From: Lytechinus pictus
Taxonomy: Eukaryota
Assembly (NCBI RefSeq): GCF_037042905.1
Contig: NC_087245.1
Span: 24,182,001 to 24,246,000, forward strand
Length of the DNA stretch: 64,000 nucleotides
Direction of reading: 5' to 3'
Both the position numbers and the translations under genes were made by a program. The notes beneath the pieces are model-generated. The model was given only the letters and a program-made list of their open reading frames with translations, had not been told where the DNA came from and did no database searches. Positions 26,401 to 37,174 of the stretch are shown here, piece by piece (positions within the stretch are counted from its first letter, which is position 1; each line of letters starts with the position of its first letter).

Positions 26401-29400
26401 GTGTGTGTATAGGAGATACACACAACAGAAGGCAGTCAAAATAGCCAACGGACTTTTTGAATTGGAGAAAACTGGTCATAAGCTGAACCCGTCTACTAGA
26501 CGGTTCTCAAAATCAGGCTAATAAATTGCTACTTGTATCTAAATTAGAGTTTTTCATCCTATATTGTGGTCTGTTTCAGGGTTTTTGAGGACAAATACAG
26601 GCACTCATACGCACGTTTCAACTCAGTTTGAGAATTTTTTAAATCAGCTGCTCACAAAGTTAAACAATACCTTTAACCCTAATTCTCCCGGGGAGGGGCC
26701 ATAATGGCCCCCCCCCCCTCGACAATTTTCGCGATATATCTGCTGCGCAAAATTTTTTCACCTTGCCGCTCACTGACTTTTTACTTTCAAGTCTCGCGCA
26801 AATTTTGAGACCAAATTTGTGACGCCCGGGTACGCGGTTGCGACATTACGCAACATTATGTAAGTGCATGTCAGACCCAAAATTGCTCATAAACGTGATT
26901 TCATGTACAAATCCAATGCAAATTGTGTATTAAGTCAAAATTCATAAATGTATCATTATTTCTACTTTTACTGATTAAACTTAATTAATTTGGCTTTGTT
27001 TATGATCAGAATTAAGTCTGGAACGATTGCCATCGAAAAAACAATAAAAAAACAAAGAAATACATAAGAAATTAAAAAAACAATAAAATACATAAGAAAT
27101 CGGTCTTGGTTCCAGAATTTTTTTCATTCACAATTGTTAGGAATGCTAGAATATTTTCACCAAAAAATAGCTTTCTAGGAGCTTTATTTAGTGAATCAGA
27201 GCAAAAAGTATGATTTCATGAATAAATTAGCATAATTAATTCATATAAAATAAAAATATATGAATTCAGTGAGATTTACCAATGCAACTGCGTTGATTAC
27301 GTCATTCTGTACCATCATGCAAATTTTCGTTGTGATCGCGCAATCCGCAGCTGAGATCTTAAGGGGGGGCCATAATGCCACCCCCCCCCCCCGGGAATGA
27401 CAAGAATAAAAATACCCCGGGAGATTTAGGGCTGAAATAATTAACTAAAATAGAGGAAAACAGTAACATTGACACCGGTGTCAATGTTACCTCTGAAGTA
27501 CAATTTCAGTTTTGTTAAGAGTTCAATGTACCAGCCTGTCACTTAGTCACAATTATTCATTACAATGATACGAGTATTGTTAATAGATTTCTTATTGAAA
27601 ATAGATTGTTGAAATTGTAATTTTTTTTCTCAAATTGAAAGGTATTAGTTTGAAATTTATGAATCAAAATAGGAATGTCAAGAATAATTTATCCAAGAAT
27701 GTAGGACAAGATTGAGTAAAGTTATGCTGTTATTGTGTTAATATTGCTGTAGTATGACTCGCTTTCATAGACAAGAATATTTATATTTAGACTAACGTTT
27801 TATTTAAGAAAAACTTTTTGGGTACTTTTTCGAGGCAATAAAACCAATAATACATTTTTTTCCATCTTTCCACAGGTATCTCACGTGATAGATGGCACAA
27901 AAGACGAAAGACTGGAGGAAGATGTCCTCCTATTCGCATGAAGCGAAAGTTTGAGCTGGGTCGTCCACCTGCACTCACAAAGGTAATGCTTTTTTATGTT
28001 TACTTGTCAATCATAAATGTTACAGTAGTAATTAACTTAATTTGCCAAAACTAGACATTGATGCTTAATGAAAACCTTGTATTACCTCAATGAATAATGT
28101 CAAATTGTAGATGAATGGTAAAAAATACAACAAATGTTGATTAATAATAATCATGTTAACTAAAAGAATTCCCACTTAATATTTTTAGTATTTTTTGTAG
28201 GCTTTTGTCCTTCAGTAATTCAATCACCAACGGGATATTAGGAAAGGGAGATGCAGGATGATGTTAATTTTCATTTGTTGACAGGCTGATTGTCGTTTTG
28301 ACTTTCATCAGCGTTGTGGATTTGACTTTGTCATAGTTACACTGACTGCAGTCTCCTGATTACTCATCCTATTTATTTCATTTGATTGATTTTTAATATT
28401 CTATTGGTTCTATCATTCTATTTGGTTTTATCTGTTGAACAAAATTATTTTCTTTATTTGTATGTTTTGATTGATTTTTAATTCTCTATGTCTATTGGTT
28501 TTATCATTTATTGTCTCGCCTGCATAGCAGAGTGAGACTATAGACGCCGCTTTTCCGACAGCGGCGGCGTCATCAACATTGAAATCTTAACCAAGGTTAA
28601 GTTTTGAAATGTCATCATAACCTAAAAAGTATAGGGATCTAGTTCATAAACTTGGACATAGGGGTAATCAAGTATTACTGAACATCCTGCCTGAGTTTCA
28701 GGTGACATGACCAAGGTCAAAGGTCATTTAGGGTCTATGAACTTAGACCATGTTGGGGAAATCAATATCGAAATCTTTACCACTGAGGTTAAGTTTTTGA
28801 AATGTTGTTATAACTTCGGAAGTATATGGACCTAGTTCATGAAAATTGGACATAAGGGTGATAGTGTATCACTGAAGTTCCTGCCTGAGTTTCAGGTCAC
28901 ATGACCAAGGTCAAAGGTCACTTCGGGTCAACGAACTTTGACCATCTTTGGGGTATTTGTGGAATTGTCCTAACTTAAGAATTTTATGGATCTGGTTCGT
29001 GAAACTTGGGCATAAGAGCAATTAAGTATACCTGAACATCCTGTGCAAGTTTTAGGTCTCATGACCAAGGTCAAAAGTCATTTAGGGTCAACAAACTTTG
29101 ATAATGTTGGGGGTATTTGTGTAATTGTCATTGATCATAACTTTAAAAGTTTATAGATCTAGTTCATGAAACTTGGAACATGAGAGATACCATACATGTA
29201 TATCCCTTAATATCTTGTGCATGTTTCGGGTCACATGATCAAAATCAAAGGTCATTCAGGGTCAATGAACTTTGGCCGTGTTGGGGGTATTTGTTGATTG
29301 GCATCATAACTTAGAGAGTTAATGGATCTACACATGTAGTTCATGAATTACATAAGGGTAATCAAGTTTGAATGATTGTTTTGCACATGTCATAGTCATA

Positions 29401-32400
29401 GATCACATGATCATGGTCAAAGGTCATTCAGGGTCAATGAACTTTGGCCGTGTTGGGGGTATTTGTTGATTGGCATCATAACTTAGAGAGTTAATGGATC
29501 TACTCATGTAGTTCATGAATTACATAAGGGTAATCAAGTATGAATGATTGTTTTGCACATGTCATAGATCACATGATCATGGTCAAAGGTCATGTTGGGT
29601 CAATGGACTTAGTATTTTATTATCATATGAGTGTTTTCTGTTGTGAATAATTATTTAATTGCTGTTTTCAAAGTCAGCACTGCTGCTTTATCGAATCCTG
29701 TGATGCATGCGAGACTGCCAGAGGTGTTCCACTTGTTCTTTTTGTCTCACCTGCATAGCAGAGTGAGACTATAGGCGCCGCTTTTCCGACGGCGACGGCG
29801 GCGGCGGCAGCGGCGTCAACACCAAATCTTAACCTGAGGTTAAGTTTTTGAAATGACAGCATAACTTAGAAAGTATATGGACCTAGTTCATGAAACTTGG
29901 CCATAAGGTTAATCAAGTATTACTGAACATCCTGCCTGAGTTTCATGTCACATGACCAAGGTCAAAGGTCATTTAGGGTCAACAAACTTTGATAATGTTG
30001 GGGGTATTTGTGTAATTGTCATTGATCATAACTTTAAAAGTTTATAGATCTAGTTCATGAAACTTGGAACATGAGAGATACCATACATGTATATCCCTTA
30101 ATATCTTGTGCATGTTTCGGGTCACATGATCAAAATCAAAGGTCATTCAGGGTCAATGAACTTTGGCCGTGTTGGGGGTATTTGTTGATTGGCATCATAA
30201 CTTAGAGAGTTAATGGATCTACACATGTAGTTCATGAATTACATAAGGGTAATCAAGTTTGAATGATTGTTTTGCACATGTCATAGTCATAGATCACATG
30301 ATCATGGTCAAAGGTCATTCAGGGTCAATGAACTTTGGCCGTGTTGGGGGTATTTGTTGATTGGCATCATAACTTAGAGAGTTAATGGATCTACTCATGT
30401 AGTTCATGAATTACATAAGGGTAATCAAGTATGAATGATTGTTTTGCACATGTCATAGATCACATGATCATGGTCAAAGGTCATGTTGGGTCAATGGACT
30501 TAGTATTTTATTATCATATGAGTGTTTTCTGTTGTGAATAATTATTTAATTGCTGTTTTCAAAGTCAGCACTGCTGCTTTATCGAATCCTGTGATGCATG
30601 CGAGACTGCCAGAGGTGTTCCACTTGTTCTTTTTGTCTCACCTGCATAGCAGAGTGAGACTATAGGCGCCGCTTTTCCGACGGCGACGGCGGCGGCGGCA
30701 GCGGCGTCAACACCAAATCTTAACCTGAGGTTAAGTTTTTGAAATGACAGCATAACTTAGAAAGTATATGGACCTAGTTCATGAAACTTGGCCATAAGGT
30801 TAATCAAGTATTACTGAACATCCTGCCTGAGTTTCATGTCACATGACCAAGGTCAAAGGTCATTTAGGGTCAATGAACTTAGACCATGTTGGGGGAATCA
30901 ACATCAAAATCTTAACCTAAGGTTAAGTTTTTGAAATGTCATCATAACTTAGAAAATATATGGACCTAGTTCATGAAACTTATACATAAGGTTAATCAAG
31001 TATCACTGAACATCCTGCATGAGTTTCACGTCACATGACCAAGGTCAAAGGTCATTTAGGGTCAATGAACTTTGGCCGAATTGGGGGTATCTGTTGAAGT
31101 ACCATCATAACTTTGAAAGTTTATGGATCTGATTCATGAAACTTGGACATAATAGTAATCAAGTATTACTGAACATCCTGTGCAAGTTTCAGGTCACATG
31201 ATCAAGGTCAAAGGTCATTTAGGGTCAATGAACTTCGGCCAAATTGGGGTATTTGTTGAATTACAGCCATAAATTTGAAAGTGTGTTGGTCTAGTTCATA
31301 AAACTTGGACATAATAGTAATCAAGTATCACTGAACATCCTGTGCGAGTTTCAGGTCACATGATCAAGGTCAAAGGTCATGTAAGGTCAAAGAACTTTGG
31401 CCACGTTGGGGGTATTTGTTGAATTGCCATCATATCTCTATAAGTGTATTGGTCTAGTTCATAAAACGTGGAAATAAGAGTAACCAAGTATCACTGAACA
31501 TCTTGTGCGAGTTATAGTAGTTTTCAAAATCAGCACTGCTGCTATATTGAATCGCGTGATGCAGGTGAGACGGCCAGAGGCATTCCACTTGTTGTATATT
31601 GCTATTATTTTTTTTTTTTTTGGGGGGGGGCTCTTCTCTATTATATTATTTATTTTATCAACATTACTCCTCTGTCATGCAGTTATTAGAGTTCCTCAAT
31701 TTTGTCATAAGGATATGTGTTTGTTATTAATTTATTTTGTTTTGCACAAAAGTATTGCTATATGCTATTGTTGGAATTGAAATCTGTTGACTGATTGCTT
31801 ATAATTGATAATAATGGTAGTCCACTTTGAGTAATATGCCTTCATTACGAATGAGATATTTAAATTCATGCACACAAGTTAAGGGAAAGTGTGATTCTTT
31901 TTTTTTTTCATTGTAGATTGGAGTCAAGAGGATACATCTTGTACGATGCATGGGAGGAAACATCAAACGCCGTGCTCTGCGTCTGGACACAGGAAACTTC
32001 TCCTGGGGATCAGAACGTAAGTAGAGTCTTCTAAGTACCCTCTGAAGCCTGTTGAAAGAGTTGCAACAAAACCTGACAAAAAAATAAAACATTACTACAA
32101 ATTGCCTTCCACTGATTGGATAAAGTCAAGCTGCGTTTGAATTTTTTGAGTTATGATTTGTTGCAACTCGTTCTTTAATGGGCACCCAATGTGCTTGAAG
32201 ATGATCTTATGCAATTACTGCCCATACTGTGTGATGGGACGGTTCTCAACCATTTTGCATTTGTTAGATTGCTCTTTGGATTCCTAAAGAGACTGTTCAC
32301 TGGTGTTATGTCTTCATGTTTTTCAAGCAAAAGAGTGATTTTCAATTTTGATATAATGCAGAATTAGAATGTGGTGGTTCTCATCATTGATATTTTTATA

Positions 32401-35400
32401 CAAGTCTTTGGTTTTTCCTCTCATTACATTTGTTATTACAGTGATTCATAATTAAATTTGATAAGAGCCATAGTTTGTTACGAATTGCAGAATGATGCCT
32501 TAAGATTAGTCTTTCTGAAGGGGTAGACCCTTGGTGAAGACCATTGTCATAGTTACACTGACTGCATTCTATGTATAATTCACTACATGTATGCAATATG
32601 CATTTACAACACAAAGTAAAACTATGTATTTATTGTCCCTTTTGGTTTTTCTCCCCCTTCCAGACACTACCCGCAAGACCCGCATCATTGATGTTGTGTA
32701 CAATGCAAGCAACAATGAGTTGGTGCGTACCAAGACTCTGGTCAAGAATGCCATTGTTCAGATTGACTCCACGCCATTCCGTCAGTGGTATGAGGCACAC
32801 TATGCTCTACCTCTTGCCAGGAAGAAGGGAGCTAAGCTGGTGAGTTTCTTCCTGCCCCAAGAAATGGAGCAACTCAATAGATCAGCAAAAAGTGAAAGGT
32901 CTTGGCCAAAAATGACACTAATTTAGGATAATTTGGTTGAAGCTGTAGCAGAATGATGTTGAAGATTAGTCTTTCTGACAGGCTGTTTGTCGTCTTGACA
33001 TTGAATCAGCCTTATGGAGACAAGTCATAGTTACACTGACTGCTATATGCTTTGTGATATTGTTTTGCAGCATGTAAAAATGTAGATTTGGGTTGTACTG
33101 TTTTTGAAAAAAAAAATATTCTAAAAGCTTTTTGACAAAATATGAGTTCAAAACAGAGTAGTGAAATAATTCTGTATTGTATCTGTTTGCCTTTACTCCA
33201 ATAAACTTTAGTCATTTTTGTCTCGCCTGCATAGCAGAGCGAGACTATAGGCGCCGCTTTTCCGACGGCGGCGGCGGCGTCAACATCAAATCTTAACCTT
33301 AGGTTAAGTTTTTGAAATGACATCATAACTTAGAAAGTATATGGACCTAGTTCATGAAACTTGGACATAAGGTTAATCAAGTATTACTGAACATCCTGCT
33401 TGAGTTTCAGGTCACATGACTAAGGTCAAAGGTCATTTAGGGTCAATGAACTTGGACCATGTTGGGAGAATTATTTTCAAAATCTTAACCGAAGGTTAAG
33501 TTTTTGAAATGACATCATAACTTAGAAAGTATATGAACCTAGTTCATGAAACTTGGGCATAAGGTTAATCAAGTATTAGTGAACATCCTGCTCGAGTTTC
33601 AGGTCACATGACTAAGGTCAAAGGTCATTTAGGGTCAATGAACTTTGGTCAAGTTGGGGGTATTTGTTGAATTACTATCATAACTTTGAAAATTTATGGA
33701 TCTAGTTCATGAAACTTGGACATAAGGTTAATCAAGTATTAGTGAACATCCTTCCTGAGTTTCAGGTCACATGGCCAAGGTCAAAGGTCATTTAGGGTCA
33801 ATGAACTTTGGCCAAGTTGGGGGTATTTGTTGAATTACCTTCATAACTTTGAAAATTTATGGATCTAGTTCATGTAACTTGGACAGTAGGTTAATCAAGT
33901 ACCACTGAATATCCTGTGCGAGTTTCAGGTCACATGACCATGGTCAGTGGTCATTTAAGGTCAATGAACTTTGGCCGTGTTGGGGGTCTTTGTTGAATTA
34001 CCATCCTAACTCTGAAGTTTATGGATCTATTTCATAGAACTTGGGATATAAGAGTAATCAAGTATCACTAAACATCCCCTGTGAGTTTCAGGTCACAAAA
34101 CCAAGGTCAGTGGTCATTTAAGGTCAATAAACTTAGGCCATGTTGGGGTAATTGTTGAATTGCCATCATAACTTTGAAAGTTTATGGATAGAGTGAATGA
34201 AATGTGGACATGGGTGTATTTGACAAGTCTTAAGTCACCGTTCAAATGTCATCTATGGTCAATGAACGTGGTATTATGTCATTATATGAATGGTGTGTTT
34301 GTGAATGATTATTTTATAGTAGTTTTCAAAGTTAGCACTGCTGCTATATTAAATTGCGTAATGCAGGCGAGACTGCCAGAGGCGTTCCACTTGTTAATTT
34401 TTGTTCTGCCTCTGCCATCCGTAGATATTTGCTTGAGGTATGTCTGGGTCATTTGTCTTGTTTTCATTCTTGCAATAAAATTTGACTAAAACTTTGTGGT
34501 TCCTCATTTTTATTTTGTATTCGTACAAAATTCATATAATTTCATTTTTTTGCTCCAATTATAGATTGACCACTGGTTTTGTGTGTAACTTTGCAATTCC
34601 TGCAAGTAATTTTCTTTTCAAAGATTTCATATGGAAAAAAATACCAAATTATGATTCTGATTCTGTCATGTTTTGTATTGAAATTTTATAATTTTGACCC
34701 TGATTACCTTTTCAAATTTGAAATTTCTCTTTTTATCATCAACAGACTGAAGATGAACAGAAGGCTTTGACTGTGTCTGGTTCCAAGAAGGTTCAAAAGA
34801 AGTTTGAGGAACGCAAGAAGACCGCCAAGGTTGCCTCGGCCCTTGAAGAGCAGTTCGGTACTGGCCGTCTCCTGGGTAAGTTCTTGTGCTGAATATTCAT
34901 TCCAATCGCGGTATATATTGGGGTGAAAAGTGACCTGCCCCTAAGATAACACACCCTTCACAGCATATTCAAAATATCAGTTTCCCCCCTCAAATTTCAA
35001 CTCTGTTGCAAGATATGCGTGATGTGGTATTCTGAATACCATTGCAACTGTTTTAACCTCTTAACATGTGTCTACCTGTTGACTCAATCATTTTTTTTCC
35101 TACAGTGTAATTCATTTAAGTCCAATAGAGAGCAATGAGTTATCTACCGCGATACATGAAGATTGCAGGGGCAAAAGTAATTCCTCAATTGATGCATTGA
35201 TATGATTATTGTGCACAAGTGATACAATTTAATTAACTTTTGCAGGATTCCTCACACTGGAAGGTGCTCTTTCTTGAAAAAGAAGGGGGGGGGGGGAATG
35301 GGTGAACATAAAAAAGCGAAGCTGAAGTTAAAAATTGGGCCTGAATTCAAAGTTTTCTTAAGGATACCAATTTGCAAACTAGATGTAGAATGGACTTCAA

Positions 35401-35868
35401 ATTATCGCTTGAAAGTGATAATATATGTACTCCCTGGACAACAATACTAGTGGCTCTGCAATCTAATGATTGGTTTTACTAGGATCATGCTGGATATACT
35501 GCCACACTAACTATTCTGGGGGAACTTTTCTGTTGGTTTACAAAGTACATCTGCTGAGCTATTGAAGAATGAAATTGAAAATCAACAGGCTAATTGAATG
35601 TCACAATTTTCATGGTCTGCATTAGTAAATGTAATGTTCTTAACTCCATAATTTGTTTAGGCCACATTACTTTTGTCCTGTTTGATTTTGTTTTTTCTTT
35701 GAGTCAATTCACATATGATTTTTAATCTCTTGTCTCGTTCTTTTTATGTTAAACACAGCATGCATTGCTTCAAGACCTGGCCAATGCGGCCGTGCCGATG
35801 GCTACATCCTAGAAGGCAAGGAGCTCGACTTCTACATGAGGAAGATGCGTGCCAAGAAGGGCAAATAG
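23405..35868 (+). CDS. RPS8: 40S ribosomal protein S8 (eS8), join(23405..23408,27876..27982,31917..32016,32664..32839,34746..34875,35759..35868), 208 aa
   Basis: The spliced translation [16 protein letters not shown]...[80 protein letters not shown]...[36 protein letters not shown] is clearly eS8. All introns are GT..AG, phases are consistent, and the exons sum to 627 nt. Confidence 0.97.
24867..25432. mobile_element. CCCGGG-ended MITE, TSD GGGACGCC (RPS8 intron 1)
   Basis: CCCGGGGGGGGGGGCACTC / GAGTGACCCC..CCCGGG; exact 8-bp TSD. Confidence 0.7.
26676..27431. mobile_element. piggyBac-type MITE
   Basis: TTAA|CCCTAATTCTCCCGGGG ... CCCCGGGAGATTTAGGG. Confidence 0.6.
27876..27982 (+). CDS. RPS8: RPS8 exon 2
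   Basis: ttccacag|GTATCTCA...ACAAAG|gtaatg; encodes [35 protein letters not shown]. Confidence 0.97.
28252..28350 (+). ncRNA. SNORD46: Box C/D snoRNA, SNORD46/U46 (snR63) homologue, copy 1, RPS8 intron 2
   Basis: Terminal stem TGCAG/CTGCA, C box ATGATGT (28258), D box CTGA (28342-28345). The guide GTCATAGTTAC is antisense to the conserved 28S segment GUAACUAUGAC. The 3' end GACTTTGTCATAGTTACACTGACT matches my recollection of human SNORD46, which is also hosted in RPS8. Confidence 0.88.
28511..31593 (+). mobile_element. Head-to-tail Helentron-like elements with an internal 891-bp duplication (RPS8 intron 2)
   Basis: Same subterminal IRs and 3' CCACTTGTT ends at 29737, 30628 and 31593. Confidence 0.75.
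31917..32016 (+). CDS. RPS8: RPS8 exon 3
   Basis: ttgtag|ATTGGA...GAAC|gtaagt; encodes [33 protein letters not shown]. Confidence 0.97.
32486..32566 (+). ncRNA. SNORD46: Box C/D snoRNA, SNORD46 homologue, copy 2 (dual guide), RPS8 intron 3
   Basis: Stem (GAAT)TGCAG/CTGCA(TTC), C box ATGATGC, D' CTGA at 32515 preceded by GATTAGTCTTT, C'-like GTGAAGA, guide GTCATAGTTAC-A and D box CTGA at 32558. It lies ~100 nt upstream of the acceptor. Confidence 0.9.
32664..32839 (+). CDS. RPS8: RPS8 exon 4
   Basis: ttccag|ACACT...AAGCTG|gtgagt; encodes [58 protein letters not shown]. Confidence 0.97.
32946..33045 (+). ncRNA. SNORD46: Box C/D snoRNA, SNORD46 homologue, copy 3 (dual guide), RPS8 intron 4
   Basis: Stem TAGCAG/CTGCTA, C box ATGATGT, D' CTGA at 32975 preceded by GATTAGTCTTT, internal hairpin AGGCTG..CAGCCT, C'-like ATGGAGA, guide AGTCATAGTTAC-A and D box CTGA at 33036. 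Confidence 0.9.
33215..34395 (+). mobile_element. Complete Helentron-like element (RPS8 intron 4)
   Basis: TTTTTGTCTCGCCTGCAT...ATGCAGGCGAGACTGCCAGAGGCGTTCCACTTGTT with internal tandem units. Confidence 0.8.
34746..34875 (+). CDS. RPS8: RPS8 exon 5
   Basis: aacag|ACTGAA...CTGG|gtaagt; encodes [43 protein letters not shown]. Confidence 0.96.
35759..35868 (+). CDS. RPS8: RPS8 exon 6 (coding part to stop)
   Basis: acacag|CATGC...AAATAG; encodes [36 protein letters not shown]. Confidence 0.97.
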
Positions 35869-35936
35869 GTCCAAAGCCTTTCTTCTCGTGGGAGTACTGT
35901 ACAATATCCAGAAGCAGCAACAACAAACAAAAAATC

Positions 35937-35942
35937 AATAAA
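35937..35942 (+). terminator. RPS8 polyadenylation signal
   Basis: AATAAA ~70 nt after the stop codon, followed by T/GT-rich sequence. Confidence 0.7.
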
Positions 35943-36571
35943 AATGTCATAAAAATTGAAAATGCCCGATTCTTGTTTCATTTCTCTTTAATACAGTATG
36001 TGATTGCTTTGATGATTTGGAGTATTTTTGTGAAAGTGTTTGTATTTCCTATACCAATTGCTTGAGTATGAAGATCTGAATTGAATATGAAGTGCGTGCA
36101 CATGTGGAAATACACACAAGGGGGGGGGCAGCCTTTTTGCCTTACCCTGGCCCTTGAAAGTATGTGTGAGACATTCTGTATAAAAGAGTATCACAATGAA
36201 TGGTCTCTGCCAGCCTTATGTTGCAGCATTGCATTGTTAAAACAAAATGTAGCATATAGCTTTCAAGTTTTTTGTTACATTGTGTTCATACAAAAGCATG
36301 GATTGATGTGCCGTCCATCTGTGCTTGGTGGCAAGCAATGCTTCTTCTATAGGCGTACTCCGGGATAAAAATTATTACATGCAAATAAGCAGAGTGAAAT
36401 TTGAGAAGCAAAATGCTGAAATTTAATCTAAACCTGTTATGTTTTTAATTAAAACTGACAATATTTTGTGAAGACGGTTATATGCATGAAGTCTTGAATA
36501 TATGCAATAGATAAGCTGATGTCATGTCCACTCTATCCTTTTTCTTACGATATTGCATGAAATCTTGTTAA

Positions 36572-37174
36572 AGGACAAGTCCACCCCAACAAAAAGTTGA
36601 TTCAAATAAAAAGAGAAAAATCCATCAAGCGTAACACTGAAAATTTCATCAAAATCGGATGTAAAATTAGAAAGTTATGGCATTTTAAAGTTTCGCTTAA
36701 TTTCACAAAACATTTATATGCACATCCTGGTCGGTATGCAAATGAGGAGACTGATGACGTCATCCACTCACTATATCTTTTGTATTTTATTATATGAAAT
36801 ATTAAATATTCTAATTTTCTCCCCATTGTCCAGTGAAACATTGATTAATTCCTCCCTGAACATGTGGAATTAGCATTATTTAATACTATATGGTTCAGTC
36901 AAATTGGTCCTTATTGTCAAATTTGTAAAAAATGAAATATTGTATAATTTAAACAATAAAAAACAAAAGAAATAGTGAGTGATGGACATCATTGACTGAC
37001 CCATTTGCATGTCACTGAGTTGTGCATATCACTGTTTTGTGAAAAATAAGTGAAACTTCAAAATGCCATAACTTTTTTATTTTACATCCGATTTGGATGA
37101 AATTTTGAGCGTTATGTTTGTTTGATTTTTCTCTTTTTATTCAAATCAAATTTTTGTTGGGGTGGACTTGTCCT
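36572..37174. mobile_element. Kolobok-like MITE (TTAA TSD)
   Basis: TTAA|AGGACAAGTCCACCCCAAC ... GTTGGGGTGGACTTGTCCT|TTAA; a truncated copy lies at ~53787-53960. Confidence 0.8.

Noticed and set aside
32192..32405. Structured region (TGCTTGAAGA/TTTTCAAGCA) in RPS8 intron 3
   Set aside because: No convincing C/D or H/ACA organisation; may be chance folding
29674..33326. Repeated ORFs '[20 protein letters not shown]'
   Set aside because: Antisense reading of the GGC-rich 5' end of the Helentron-like repeat
35130..35230. Possible H/ACA snoRNA in RPS8 intron 5
   Set aside because: Two weak hairpins with ANANNA and ACA can be drawn, but the stems are short and no rRNA target was found by eye; needs snoReport/snoGPS
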